Shown piece by piece: positions 47,484 through 56,201 of a stretch of DNA of 64,000 nucleotides. The stretch's first letter is position 1. The number at the start of each line of letters is the position of its first letter. The DNA lies in NCBI GenBank assembly GCA_038153405.1, contig JAYOYH010000001.1, positions 192,156 through 256,155 of the forward strand, given 5' to 3'. Under the pieces are notes generated by a model. That model ran no database searches. It was not told where the DNA came from and saw nothing but the letters and a program-made list of their open reading frames with translations. A program made the position numbers and the translations under genes. The stretch is from Gemmatimonadota bacterium (GTDB taxonomy: Bacteria > Latescibacterota > UBA2968 > UBA8231).

Positions 47484-48328
47484 AAAAGAAGATCGAGCGC
47501 AAAGGGGCGACGCGTCCAATGGTTGCTCGGGGTGGCGAAGCGCGCCGTCGCCGACTCAACTGGAAGCTGGCCTGGATGTTCCTGCCGATGCTGATGCTGG
47601 CGACGTTGGCGTGGGGATGGTGGGAGTGGCGCCAATCGGGAAGCTTTGCCCGCCAGTTTGAATTGACCGCTATCGAGGTCAATGGGCTGCGCTTGCTGAG
47701 CGGAGAAGACGTGCTGCAGGCGAGCGGATTGGCCATAGGGGACAACGTCTTGGACATCGATTTGCGCGCAGTGGCGCGGCGACTCGAAGATGTGCCGTGG
47801 ATCAAGCGCGCCGTAGTGATGCGCAAGCCGCCGGATCGCCTTGTCGTCGAATTGGTCGAGCGCCAGCGCATGGCTTGGGTCGCCCTCGAGCACACCTACG
47901 GAATTGACGCAGAAGGCGTTTTGCTGCCGGCGCAGCGCCTGGCCAATGAATCGCTGGGCGACTTTGACTTACCGGTTATTTCGGGCATTACCACCGATGT
48001 GGATTCGCTCTATCCGGGCATGGTTCTGGCCGATACCTCACACTCCCTGCGCGCAGTGCTGGACTGGTGGCAGCGCGCCAGCGCCGTCGATCCTGAGTTT
48101 TGCTTGGGCATTTCCGAAATCGCTGCGCTAAGCGACGAGGGGATTGGTCTGCGCTTGGCCGGCGATGGCTTGGAGGTGCGCTTGCCCTTTGACCGCGTCG
48201 ACGAGCGCCTGCGCCATCTGAAGCGCATGATGCCGAGAATCTATCGCGAATATCCCAATCCCACCTACATCGACCTGCGCTATGCCGGCCAACTCGTCGT
48301 TGGCGGCAAGGAGGAGGGCGCCGGATGA
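47480..48328 (+). CDS. ftsQ: Cell division protein FtsQ/DivIB
   Basis: Single TM, POTRA (PWIKRA.V.R..P), C-terminal YIDLRY. Confidence 0.9.
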   Translation: MKKKIERKGATRPMVARGGEARRRRLNWKLAWMFLPMLMLATLAWGWWEWRQSGSFARQFELTAIEVNGLRLLSGEDVLQASGLAIGDNVLDIDLRAVARRLEDVPWIKRAVVMRKPPDRLVVELVERQRMAWVALEHTYGIDAEGVLLPAQRLANESLGDFDLPVISGITTDVDSLYPGMVLADTSHSLRAVLDWWQRASAVDPEFCLGISEIAALSDEGIGLRLAGDGLEVRLPFDRVDERLRHLKRMMPRIYREYPNPTYIDLRYAGQLVVGGKEEGAG

Positions 48329-49563
48329 GCGAGGGCGTAAAGCGCGTCGTCGGCCTCGATCTCGGCACGACGAAAATATGCACGGTCATTGCCGAGGTAG
48401 AGCCGAAGAAAATGCCGCGCATTCTCGGCTTTGGCAGCTGCCCTTCACAGGGCTTGCGCCGCGGCGTCGTCACCGACGTCGAAAAGACGGTGCAGTCAGT
48501 GGAAAAAGCCGTGCGCCAGGCCGAACTAATGGCCGGCATTGCGGTGAAGGAAGTGACCGTGGGCATCGCCGGTGAACACGTCAATAGCCTGAACAGCTCG
48601 GGCGTTGTGGCGGTGGCCAGTAGCGATGGGCGCATCACCGAGGAAGATCGCCAGCGGGTGCTCGAGGCAGCTGGCGCGGTAAAGATACCCATCGACCGAG
48701 AAGTGCTGCACATCCTGCCGCAGGAGTTTATCGTCGACGGGCGCCGCGATATTGCCGATCCGGTCGGCATGCTGGGCGTGCGCTTGGAAGCGCACGTACA
48801 CGTAGTATCAGGGGCCGTGACGGCTGCGCAGAATATATGTCGCAGCATTTTGCGCGCGGGGTTGGAAGTGCGCGACATTGCCCTCGAACCGCTGGCTTCT
48901 AGCGCCGCGGTCCTCGACGCCGACGAGCGCCATATGGGGGTTTGTCTAGTCGACGTGGGAGGCGGCACGACGGATATGGCCGTATTCGCCCGCGGCGGCA
49001 TTCGCTACACCGGCGTCATTGGCCTGGGCGGACAAAATATCACCAGCGATGTGGCAATCGGTCTGCGCACGGGATGGCCCATTGCCGAGAAGATCAAGTG
49101 CGCCAGCGGCACGGCGGCGCTGTATGCGGTGGGCGAGGACGAGACGGTGGAAGTGCCGGGCGTGGCGGGTCGCCCACCCCAGCGGGTCGCCCGCCGCCTA
49201 TTGGCCGATATCATCGAGGCGCGCATGGAGGAGATCTTCGTGCTCGTGCGCGACCAACTCGGCATTGCGCGCTTTGAACTGGGTGCGGGCATCGTGCTGA
49301 CCGGTGGTGGGGCGCTGATGGAGGGAGCGGTTGAACTGGCTGAGCGCATTTTCGAAGTGCCCGTTCGCCTGGGAATACCGGGCGGCGTAGTCGGCATGAG
49401 CGATGGCGTCGATAATCCCAGCTATGCCACGGCTGTTGGTCTGGCTAGACTCGCCGGTGAGCGCAGCGAGCCCGGCCAGTGGCTCAAGGAGGAAAATTTA
49501 GACGAAGCGGGGTTTGAAGCAGTATTCGGGCGCATGAAAGAGTGGTTCCAAACCTGGGTCTGA
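48325..49563 (+). CDS. ftsA: Cell division protein FtsA
   Basis: GLDLGTTK, DVGGGTTD, GGQNIT.D, LTGGG. Confidence 0.96.
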   Translation: MSEGVKRVVGLDLGTTKICTVIAEVEPKKMPRILGFGSCPSQGLRRGVVTDVEKTVQSVEKAVRQAELMAGIAVKEVTVGIAGEHVNSLNSSGVVAVASSDGRITEEDRQRVLEAAGAVKIPIDREVLHILPQEFIVDGRRDIADPVGMLGVRLEAHVHVVSGAVTAAQNICRSILRAGLEVRDIALEPLASSAAVLDADERHMGVCLVDVGGGTTDMAVFARGGIRYTGVIGLGGQNITSDVAIGLRTGWPIAEKIKCASGTAALYAVGEDETVEVPGVAGRPPQRVARRLLADIIEARMEEIFVLVRDQLGIARFELGAGIVLTGGGALMEGAVELAERIFEVPVRLGIPGGVVGMSDGVDNPSYATAVGLARLAGERSEPGQWLKEENLDEAGFEAVFGRMKEWFQTWV

Positions 49564-49609
49564 GCGCGGCTTGTACGCATTCAGACACACCTTAGCGAGG
49601 AGATCTGCT

Positions 49610-50779
49610 ATGAGTTTTAAAATCGTTGACAATGAACGCAAAGCGCGCATCAAAGTCGTGGGCGTAGGCGGTGCGGGGGGCAACGCCATCAACCGCATGA
49701 TTCAATCGGGTATGAACGGCGTAGAATTTATCGCCATCAATACGGACGCCCAGGTCCTGGAGACGTCTTCGGCTGACGCGTGCATATGTATCGGCGATGG
49801 CGTGACGCGCGGTCTGGGGGCCGGTGCCGATCCCCAGGTCGGACGTCAGGCCATCGAGGAAGATCGCGACAAGGTAGCCGAGCGCCTAGCCGATGCCGAC
49901 CTCGTCTTTATAACGGCGGGCATGGGAGGAGGAACCGGCACTGGGGCCGCCCCGGTGGTGGCCGAAATCTGCCGCGATCTGGGGGCGTTGGCGGTGGGCA
50001 TTGTAACGGAGCCCTTTGTCATGGAGGGATTTCCGCGCATGCGCAATGCGCACACCGGCTTGAACGAATTACAGGAGCGTGTCGATACGCTCATCACCAT
50101 CAAAAACCAGCGGCTGTTGAGCATCTGCGACCGCGATACGACCTTGGATCAGGCTTTTTTCCAAGCCGATGAAGTGCTCATGCAAGCCACGCGCGGCATT
50201 GCCGATTTGATTACAATTCCCGGCATGATCAACCTCGACTTCAACGACGTAAAGACGATTATTTCGCAGGGGGGCGATGCGATTATGGGCGTCGGCACGC
50301 ACAAGGGCGAAAACCGCGCCGTCGAAGCGGCGCGCAAGGCCATTCAGAGTCCGCTCTTGGAAGACGTGTCTATTCACGGTGCCAAGGGCGTGCTCATTAA
50401 TATCGCCGCCGACTCCAATTTGACCCTCTTTGAAGTCAACGATGCGATGTCGCTGATCTACGAAGCGGCTGGGCAGGAGGCCAATATCATTTTTGGCACG
50501 GTGAAAGACGATCAAATGCTCGATGAGATTAGCGTTACCGTCATTGCAACGGGCTTTAATCTCAGCAGCGAAAGCCGGGTGAGTCCGTCCGTTCCCCAGC
50601 GCGAAAAGCAAGTCGCTGAAGCGTCGAGTGAAGCACCGGGCGTGCGCACGCTCGATCCCCAGTTGAACGTGCCGGCACACACGCGCCGTCGCTCCTTGGC
50701 CGCTGAAGGGAACAGTTCATCTGCGGCTAGCGGGGAGAATTTGGATATTCCCACGTTTCTGCGGCGAAAGTTGGGTTAA
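49610..50779 (+). CDS. ftsZ: Cell division protein FtsZ
   Basis: GVGGAGGNA, GMGGGTGTG, NLDFND, C-terminal LDIPTFLR; GAGGAG RBS. Confidence 0.98.
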   Translation: MSFKIVDNERKARIKVVGVGGAGGNAINRMIQSGMNGVEFIAINTDAQVLETSSADACICIGDGVTRGLGAGADPQVGRQAIEEDRDKVAERLADADLVFITAGMGGGTGTGAAPVVAEICRDLGALAVGIVTEPFVMEGFPRMRNAHTGLNELQERVDTLITIKNQRLLSICDRDTTLDQAFFQADEVLMQATRGIADLITIPGMINLDFNDVKTIISQGGDAIMGVGTHKGENRAVEAARKAIQSPLLEDVSIHGAKGVLINIAADSNLTLFEVNDAMSLIYEAAGQEANIIFGTVKDDQMLDEISVTVIATGFNLSSESRVSPSVPQREKQVAEASSEAPGVRTLDPQLNVPAHTRRRSLAAEGNSSSAASGENLDIPTFLRRKLG

Positions 50780-50958
50780 GCGCGATAGGATGGAGATTGC
50801 GCACCGACGCCGATGGAGTATATTATCGGCTGTAAATAGTTGATCCGTTGCAGTTTAAGAGCAATTGGCTACGGGGCCACTACCCGGTTGAGTGCTGGGC
50901 CGTGCCACCGTCGGCGGATTGAAAACCAGAAACCTCCACGATGGGATAAAGAGACCAA

Positions 50959-51609
50959 TTGGCAAACAGAAGTCGCATTTCAAAACTCTTGTCGCTCATG
51001 CTGCGCCACAAGCCCGACGAGTTTGGCTTGGAAATTGACACCTATGGCTACGCGCCGGTCGACCAAGTGCTGCAGGCTCTGCAGGAGCGCTATGACGACG
51101 CTACAGAGGGTGATTTAACGGCGTTGGCCAACGATCCAACTCAGCGCCGCTTCGAAATAAACGAGTACGGGATTCGCGCCCTGTATGGACACAGCTTCTT
51201 CGTCGAAATGGACGGCGAGCCAATGAATCCACCGCCGGCTCGCCTCTACATGGGCACCACGCGCGCCGCAGCGCGCGACTTTGCCCGCGAGGGCATCACT
51301 TCGGGAGACCGCTACTACGTGCACCTCTCGCTCGACCAGGACACGGCCGCCTCGCGCAGCCACGAGAAGAGCGGTCCGCTCGTGGTGGAAATCCTCGCGG
51401 ATAAGGCCCACGAGCAGGATATCGCCTTCTTTGCGCGCGGCGAAGTCATCCTGACGGAGGAAATTCCTCCGGAATGCGTCGGCGCGCTGCTGGGAGCAGA
51501 AGGCGCGGTGGGCGGCGGTGCAGTTCAAGCCGACGAGCCGACGTCGTCGCCGGCCGGTCGCGATCAGGCCGTCACCTACGGTCGCAAACCGCGCTTTGTA
51601 ACGCGTTAA
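50959..51609 (+). CDS. kptA: RNA 2'-phosphotransferase (KptA/Tpt1 family)
   Basis: SKLLSLMLRH, RRF, IRA.YGHS, YVHLS; TTG start. Confidence 0.85.
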   Translation: MANRSRISKLLSLMLRHKPDEFGLEIDTYGYAPVDQVLQALQERYDDATEGDLTALANDPTQRRFEINEYGIRALYGHSFFVEMDGEPMNPPPARLYMGTTRAAARDFAREGITSGDRYYVHLSLDQDTAASRSHEKSGPLVVEILADKAHEQDIAFFARGEVILTEEIPPECVGALLGAEGAVGGGAVQADEPTSSPAGRDQAVTYGRKPRFVTR

Positions 51610-51626
51610 TTCTCTCAGGCTGATTT

Positions 51627-54600
51627 ATGGCCCAGTATGAAGTAACCCTGCGCGACTATTGGCGCATCCTGCGCCGTCGCAAGGGGATTGTGGTTTTTAC
51701 CGCCTTCTTACTGGGCTTTTTCAGTTTCATCCTTGCCACCCTCTGGCAGCCCATCCCCGTCTATACCGCTGCGGCCAAGGTCCAGCTAATCTCCAACGAG
51801 CAAAACGTAGCCAATATGTACCAGGTCTATTCGGGTGGCGACGATCTGGAAACCCAGATGTCGGTCATAACGAGCTACCCGTTGCTCAAAAGGGTTATCC
51901 GCGAACTGAGGATACCGGCTGAGACGGAGGACGACACGGCGCGGGCCATCATCGATCTGCAGGATCGCCTCGATATTGATCAAGAGGGCTACGCCAAGAT
52001 CCTGCTGGTCAAAATCGACGATACCGACCCCGAGCGCGCCGCCGAGATCGTCAATACGGTGTCCCAGGTTTTCAAGGAATACAGCGACGAGCAGAAAAAC
52101 CAGCAGTCCGACGACCATTTGAACTTCGTCAACGGACAACTGCTGGGAGCTAAGGATTCGCTGCGCGTCGCAGAGGAGAACGCCCGGCGCTACCGCGAAG
52201 AGAACGATATCGTTTCCATCGATGCTGAGGCGAGCATGATGCTGGGGCAGATCGCCGACGAACGCCGCAACAAGGTGCAACTCGAACAGGTGATCAATGC
52301 GGTCGGCGGCATGATGCGCGAAATCGAAGGCGGTCAAGAGCTTTCGCAGCGCACGCTGCAGGGCGTCAGCCGGGAGCAAGTCGGCGACGCGTTTATGCTC
52401 TTTGCACAGCAGCTCAACGCCCTGCGCTTAGATCGCGATGGGCTGCTCGTCCAATTTACCGAGAATCATCCGGCCGTGCGTCAGGTGCAGGCCAAGATCG
52501 ACCTGATGGTCGAGAATATGGCCAACGAACTGCGCCAACGCCGGCTGAAGGTGCAGGACGATTTGCAGTCGGTTGATGGACAGTTGGCTGCGCTACAGGA
52601 GAAATACAGCAACCTGCCGGCGCGCGGTCTCGAACTCGATCGGCGCGAGCGCGAAGTCTATTTGCGTCAGGAGATCGTCGAGGCCCTCGCCGGTGAGTAC
52701 GAGCAGGCGCGCATGCGGGCCGCCGATCGCGTCGAAACGGCGAAGGTTTTGCAGCGGGCGCTGGTTCCGACCTTGCCGAACAATCCGCAGAGCCCGGTGC
52801 AGCGCGGCGTGCTCGGCATGATCCTGGGTTTGGTCTTGGGCATCGTCTTTGCCGTTGTTGCCGAGACGCTCGACACCTCCATCGGCACCATCGAAGATGT
52901 GCAGGAGTATACGGGGGCCAAAGTCGTTGGCGTCGTTCCCTTTATACGCGCCGAGAGCGTAGCCGAGTCGATGGAGCGGCAGGGGTATGATATCGAGAAC
53001 GAGCGCATGCTGCAGCGCATGGCGCAGCTGGTCGCCTATTTCGACCCGCAGTCTACGCTGGCCGAAACTTTTCGCACGCTGCGCACTAATATCGAATTCG
53101 TCACGGCAGAAAAGGGCGATAAAACGCTTCTGGTAACGAGTTCGACCAGCGGTGAGGGAAAGAGTACGGTCATGGCAAACCTCGCCATGACGATGACTCA
53201 ATTGGGCAAGCGCACGCTGCTAGTCGACTGCGATCTGCGCAAGCCAACGGTGGCCCGCATGTTTGGGCTCGACAAAGAGCCGGGGCTGGCCGAGGTCATC
53301 GTGGGCAATTACCACTGGCGCGAGGTCATTCGCACGGTGACCGATATCGTCACCGGCGGCATGGGCATGGAAAACCTGATGCAGACGCAGGGCATCAGCA
53401 ACTTGCACATCATCACTAGTGGATCCATTCCGCCCAATCCCGCCGAACTGCTCAATTCCAGCCGGATGGACGACTTTATTGGCGAAGTCCGAGAGGTCTA
53501 CGACATCGTCCTCTTTGATGCGCCGCCCATACTGCACGTAACCGATGCGGCCATTCTCGGCAAGAAGGTCGATGGCGCGCTGATGCTCTATAAGGCAGGC
53601 GATATTCCCCGCACCTCGCTCAAGCGCGCCGTAAACTTGCTCAACAGCGTTGGAGTCGATTTGCTGGGTATCGTGCTCAATGGAATTCGCGCCGAGACCA
53701 GTTCGGACTATTACGACTTCGGCTACAATTCCTACTACTCCTATGGCAACGAAGATGGTCGAGAGTCGTTGACGTGGATGGAAAAGGCGCAGGAGTATCT
53801 TTTTAAACGGCACAGAGACGATATCGCTTCAGACGATGACGACGACGACGATGGAGAAGATGGCGGTGCCGGATACGATCCCCTCCTGACGGGTAGGATA
53901 CGAGGAGAACCGGAGGAAGCCGAAGAGCGGGAGGATAAATGGGCACCGTGGGCGCGCACCGGAAGCGCGGTACTGCTCGTTTGCGCGGCGCTGGGTTTGC
54001 TCTGGCAGAGCGGCCTGTTACAGCGTCCACTCGGCGCGGTCCCTGTCTTCGCGTACTACAATCGGCCGCTTGCCGCCGACGCTCTGGTTGATGGGGTGAG
54101 GGGCGGCGAAGCAGACGAGCTGTCAGCCGCTGCACAAGAGGTCGGGAGCGGAGTCGGCGTGGCGACGGCGAGCATGTCGCTCGACCCTGCTGTGGGGATA
54201 GATGCCGATGGGCTATCCGATGGACCCACGCGCGCGCGCGCTGAACCGGCGGCCAACGTGGACGACGATAGGGTCTGGTCGCCGATGAGTCCCTACACGC
54301 TGCGCATCGGCGCCTATACACCTTCCAGCAAATGGGCGGTGCCCAACTTAAACACGCTGCGCCAGAGCGGTCAGATGGCCTTTCTCGCCCCTCCGACAGC
54401 GGGGGACGCGATGGTCCGCCTGATGTCGGGCAGCTACCCCAGTTGGGATGCGGCCTTTCATGATGGGCGCCAGCTGCGCGAGGCGGGCCTGGTCGGCGAG
54501 GTCGCGCCGGCCTATCTGCCTTTCGCCCTCGAGCTGGGGCGATTTGCCCGCCAGCCGCAGACGCTGGAGTTTCTGCAGAGCTTGGGTGAAAAGGCGCGGT

Positions 54601-54731
54601 TTTGCTACGTGCAAGTCGGTTCCGACGGGCTTCAGCGCGTGCTGGCCGGGGCCTTTGAAACTGCAGAGGAAGCCAACGAAGCGGCTGAAGTCATGGCGTT
54701 TGGCCGCCCTGCTCGCGTTGGTCGCCGCTGA
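51627..54731 (+). CDS. Wzc-type polysaccharide co-polymerase/tyrosine kinase with extra TM and SPOR-like C-terminal domains
   Basis: TLRDYWRIL, periplasmic coiled coil, GEGKST, VDCDLRKP, PPNPAELL, DAPP, Tyr cluster, then ~320-aa extension. Confidence 0.88.
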   Translation: MAQYEVTLRDYWRILRRRKGIVVFTAFLLGFFSFILATLWQPIPVYTAAAKVQLISNEQNVANMYQVYSGGDDLETQMSVITSYPLLKRVIRELRIPAETEDDTARAIIDLQDRLDIDQEGYAKILLVKIDDTDPERAAEIVNTVSQVFKEYSDEQKNQQSDDHLNFVNGQLLGAKDSLRVAEENARRYREENDIVSIDAEASMMLGQIADERRNKVQLEQVINAVGGMMREIEGGQELSQRTLQGVSREQVGDAFMLFAQQLNALRLDRDGLLVQFTENHPAVRQVQAKIDLMVENMANELRQRRLKVQDDLQSVDGQLAALQEKYSNLPARGLELDRREREVYLRQEIVEALAGEYEQARMRAADRVETAKVLQRALVPTLPNNPQSPVQRGVLGMILGLVLGIVFAVVAETLDTSIGTIEDVQEYTGAKVVGVVPFIRAESVAESMERQGYDIENERMLQRMAQLVAYFDPQSTLAETFRTLRTNIEFVTAEKGDKTLLVTSSTSGEGKSTVMANLAMTMTQLGKRTLLVDCDLRKPTVARMFGLDKEPGLAEVIVGNYHWREVIRTVTDIVTGGMGMENLMQTQGISNLHIITSGSIPPNPAELLNSSRMDDFIGEVREVYDIVLFDAPPILHVTDAAILGKKVDGALMLYKAGDIPRTSLKRAVNLLNSVGVDLLGIVLNGIRAETSSDYYDFGYNSYYSYGNEDGRESLTWMEKAQEYLFKRHRDDIASDDDDDDDGEDGGAGYDPLLTGRIRGEPEEAEEREDKWAPWARTGSAVLLVCAALGLLWQSGLLQRPLGAVPVFAYYNRPLAADALVDGVRGGEADELSAAAQEVGSGVGVATASMSLDPAVGIDADGLSDGPTRARAEPAANVDDDRVWSPMSPYTLRIGAYTPSSKWAVPNLNTLRQSGQMAFLAPPTAGDAMVRLMSGSYPSWDAAFHDGRQLREAGLVGEVAPAYLPFALELGRFARQPQTLEFLQSLGEKARFCYVQVGSDGLQRVLAGAFETAEEANEAAEVMAFGRPARVGRR

Positions 54732-54764
54732 GCTGGCGGCCTTTTATCTGCCGATTGCTGGCCT

Positions 54765-56201
54765 ATGCCTTCTTCTAAACTGAGCGCCGCATTGGGGGGC
54801 GGGCAAACGCTCTTCCTGCTCTTTATCGCATTCTTCACCTTTTGTATGGCAGTGGTTCTCGTAAAGGTGCCGCCTGCGCTGGGCGGCGTGCTCGTCATTG
54901 GCTTGGTCGTCTTTATCTCGGCCTTTGTTAGCGCCGATGCTGGAATCTATTTCCTCATTATCTCGATGCTTCTTTCGCCTGAGTTTGGCGCCGGAGGACT
55001 GAGCGGCAACGACACTACGTCGAGTCGCGGCGTCACGCTGCGCGCCGAAGATTTCCTACTGGTGCTCTTGGGTTTTGCCTGGCTTGCGCGCACGGCGGTG
55101 AATAAGGATCTAGGGCTGATCCGTCCGACGCCGCTCAACTCGGCCATTGGCGGTTACGTAGCCGTTTGTCTACTGGCGACGCTCATCGGTTTTATCACCG
55201 GTCACGTGCGCGGCATTAACGGCTTTTTCTACGTGCTAAAATACGTCGAGTACTTCATCGTCTACTTTATCGTTTGCAACAATCTACACAGCCAGAAGCA
55301 AATAGAGCGCTTTGTGATCGTCCTGCTAGTAACGGCCTTTATCGTCTGCCTTACGGCGATTGCGCAGATTCCCAGCGGCGGACGCGTTTCTGCGCCTTTC
55401 GAAGGCGAGCGCGGCGAACCCAATACGCTGGGTGGTTACTTGATTTTGGTTGGTTCACTCACCGTGGGTTTGGCGCTCAATGTGCAATGCAAAAAAAAGC
55501 GACGCTACTTATGGCTGCTGTTGGCCTTTATGATCGTCCCGTTCTTTGCTACGCTATCGCGCGGATCGTATCTCGCGCTGCCTTTTGTCTATGCTGCCGT
55601 AGCCTATTTTCGCCGCGGCCAGCGCCTGCGCATGATCGTCCTATTGATCATCCTGTCGCTGATTGGCGCGGTGCTAATGCCTCGCACCGTAGTCGACCGA
55701 GTAAGCTACACGTTTAATCAGGGCTATACGCAGCAGAAGAAAAAATCGATCGGTGGAGTGGAATTGGACACGTCCACGAGCGAGCGACTAGCCAGTTGGG
55801 AGAACGCGCTTAGCGATGGGTTGAGCAGCCCCCTATGGGGTTTTGGCGTGACCGGGTACGGCTTTCTCGATGCGCAGTATCCGCGCATATGGGTCGAGAC
55901 GGGGCTGCTGGGTTTAATGTTTTTTTTCTACATGATACACAGAGTGTACGGCGAATCTATGCGCCTCTATCGGGAGACCTCCGTGCCGCTCTACCGCGGT
56001 TTGGCGATGGGGTTAATCTGCGGGTTGGCCGGTCTTATGATACATGCGTTGGGCACCAATACTTTCATTATTGTGCGCATTATGGAGCCTTTCTGGCTGC
56101 TGTGTGGAATAGTCGTATCGGCGCATAAGATCGAAAGGGAAGACGGCGCTGACTCCGACGCTGTAGAGGCCGGTCCTGCGCGTATCGGACATAGCCTTTG
56201 A
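54765..56201 (+). CDS. O-antigen ligase/Wzy-family polymerase
   Basis: Multi-TM; EPNTLGGY, TLSRG, late periplasmic loop with R..W...PLWGFG. Confidence 0.8.
   Translation: MPSSKLSAALGGGQTLFLLFIAFFTFCMAVVLVKVPPALGGVLVIGLVVFISAFVSADAGIYFLIISMLLSPEFGAGGLSGNDTTSSRGVTLRAEDFLLVLLGFAWLARTAVNKDLGLIRPTPLNSAIGGYVAVCLLATLIGFITGHVRGINGFFYVLKYVEYFIVYFIVCNNLHSQKQIERFVIVLLVTAFIVCLTAIAQIPSGGRVSAPFEGERGEPNTLGGYLILVGSLTVGLALNVQCKKKRRYLWLLLAFMIVPFFATLSRGSYLALPFVYAAVAYFRRGQRLRMIVLLIILSLIGAVLMPRTVVDRVSYTFNQGYTQQKKKSIGGVELDTSTSERLASWENALSDGLSSPLWGFGVTGYGFLDAQYPRIWVETGLLGLMFFFYMIHRVYGESMRLYRETSVPLYRGLAMGLICGLAGLMIHALGTNTFIIVRIMEPFWLLCGIVVSAHKIEREDGADSDAVEAGPARIGHSL

Noticed and set aside
47988..49001. Long antisense or alternate-frame ORFs (also 2266-3240, 25484-26215, 47050-47895)
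   Set aside because: Shadow ORFs of GC-rich genes with no recognisable motifs
53831..53852. GAC/GAT trinucleotide run as a contingency repeat
   Set aside because: In-frame poly-Asp linker; length change would not shift the frame
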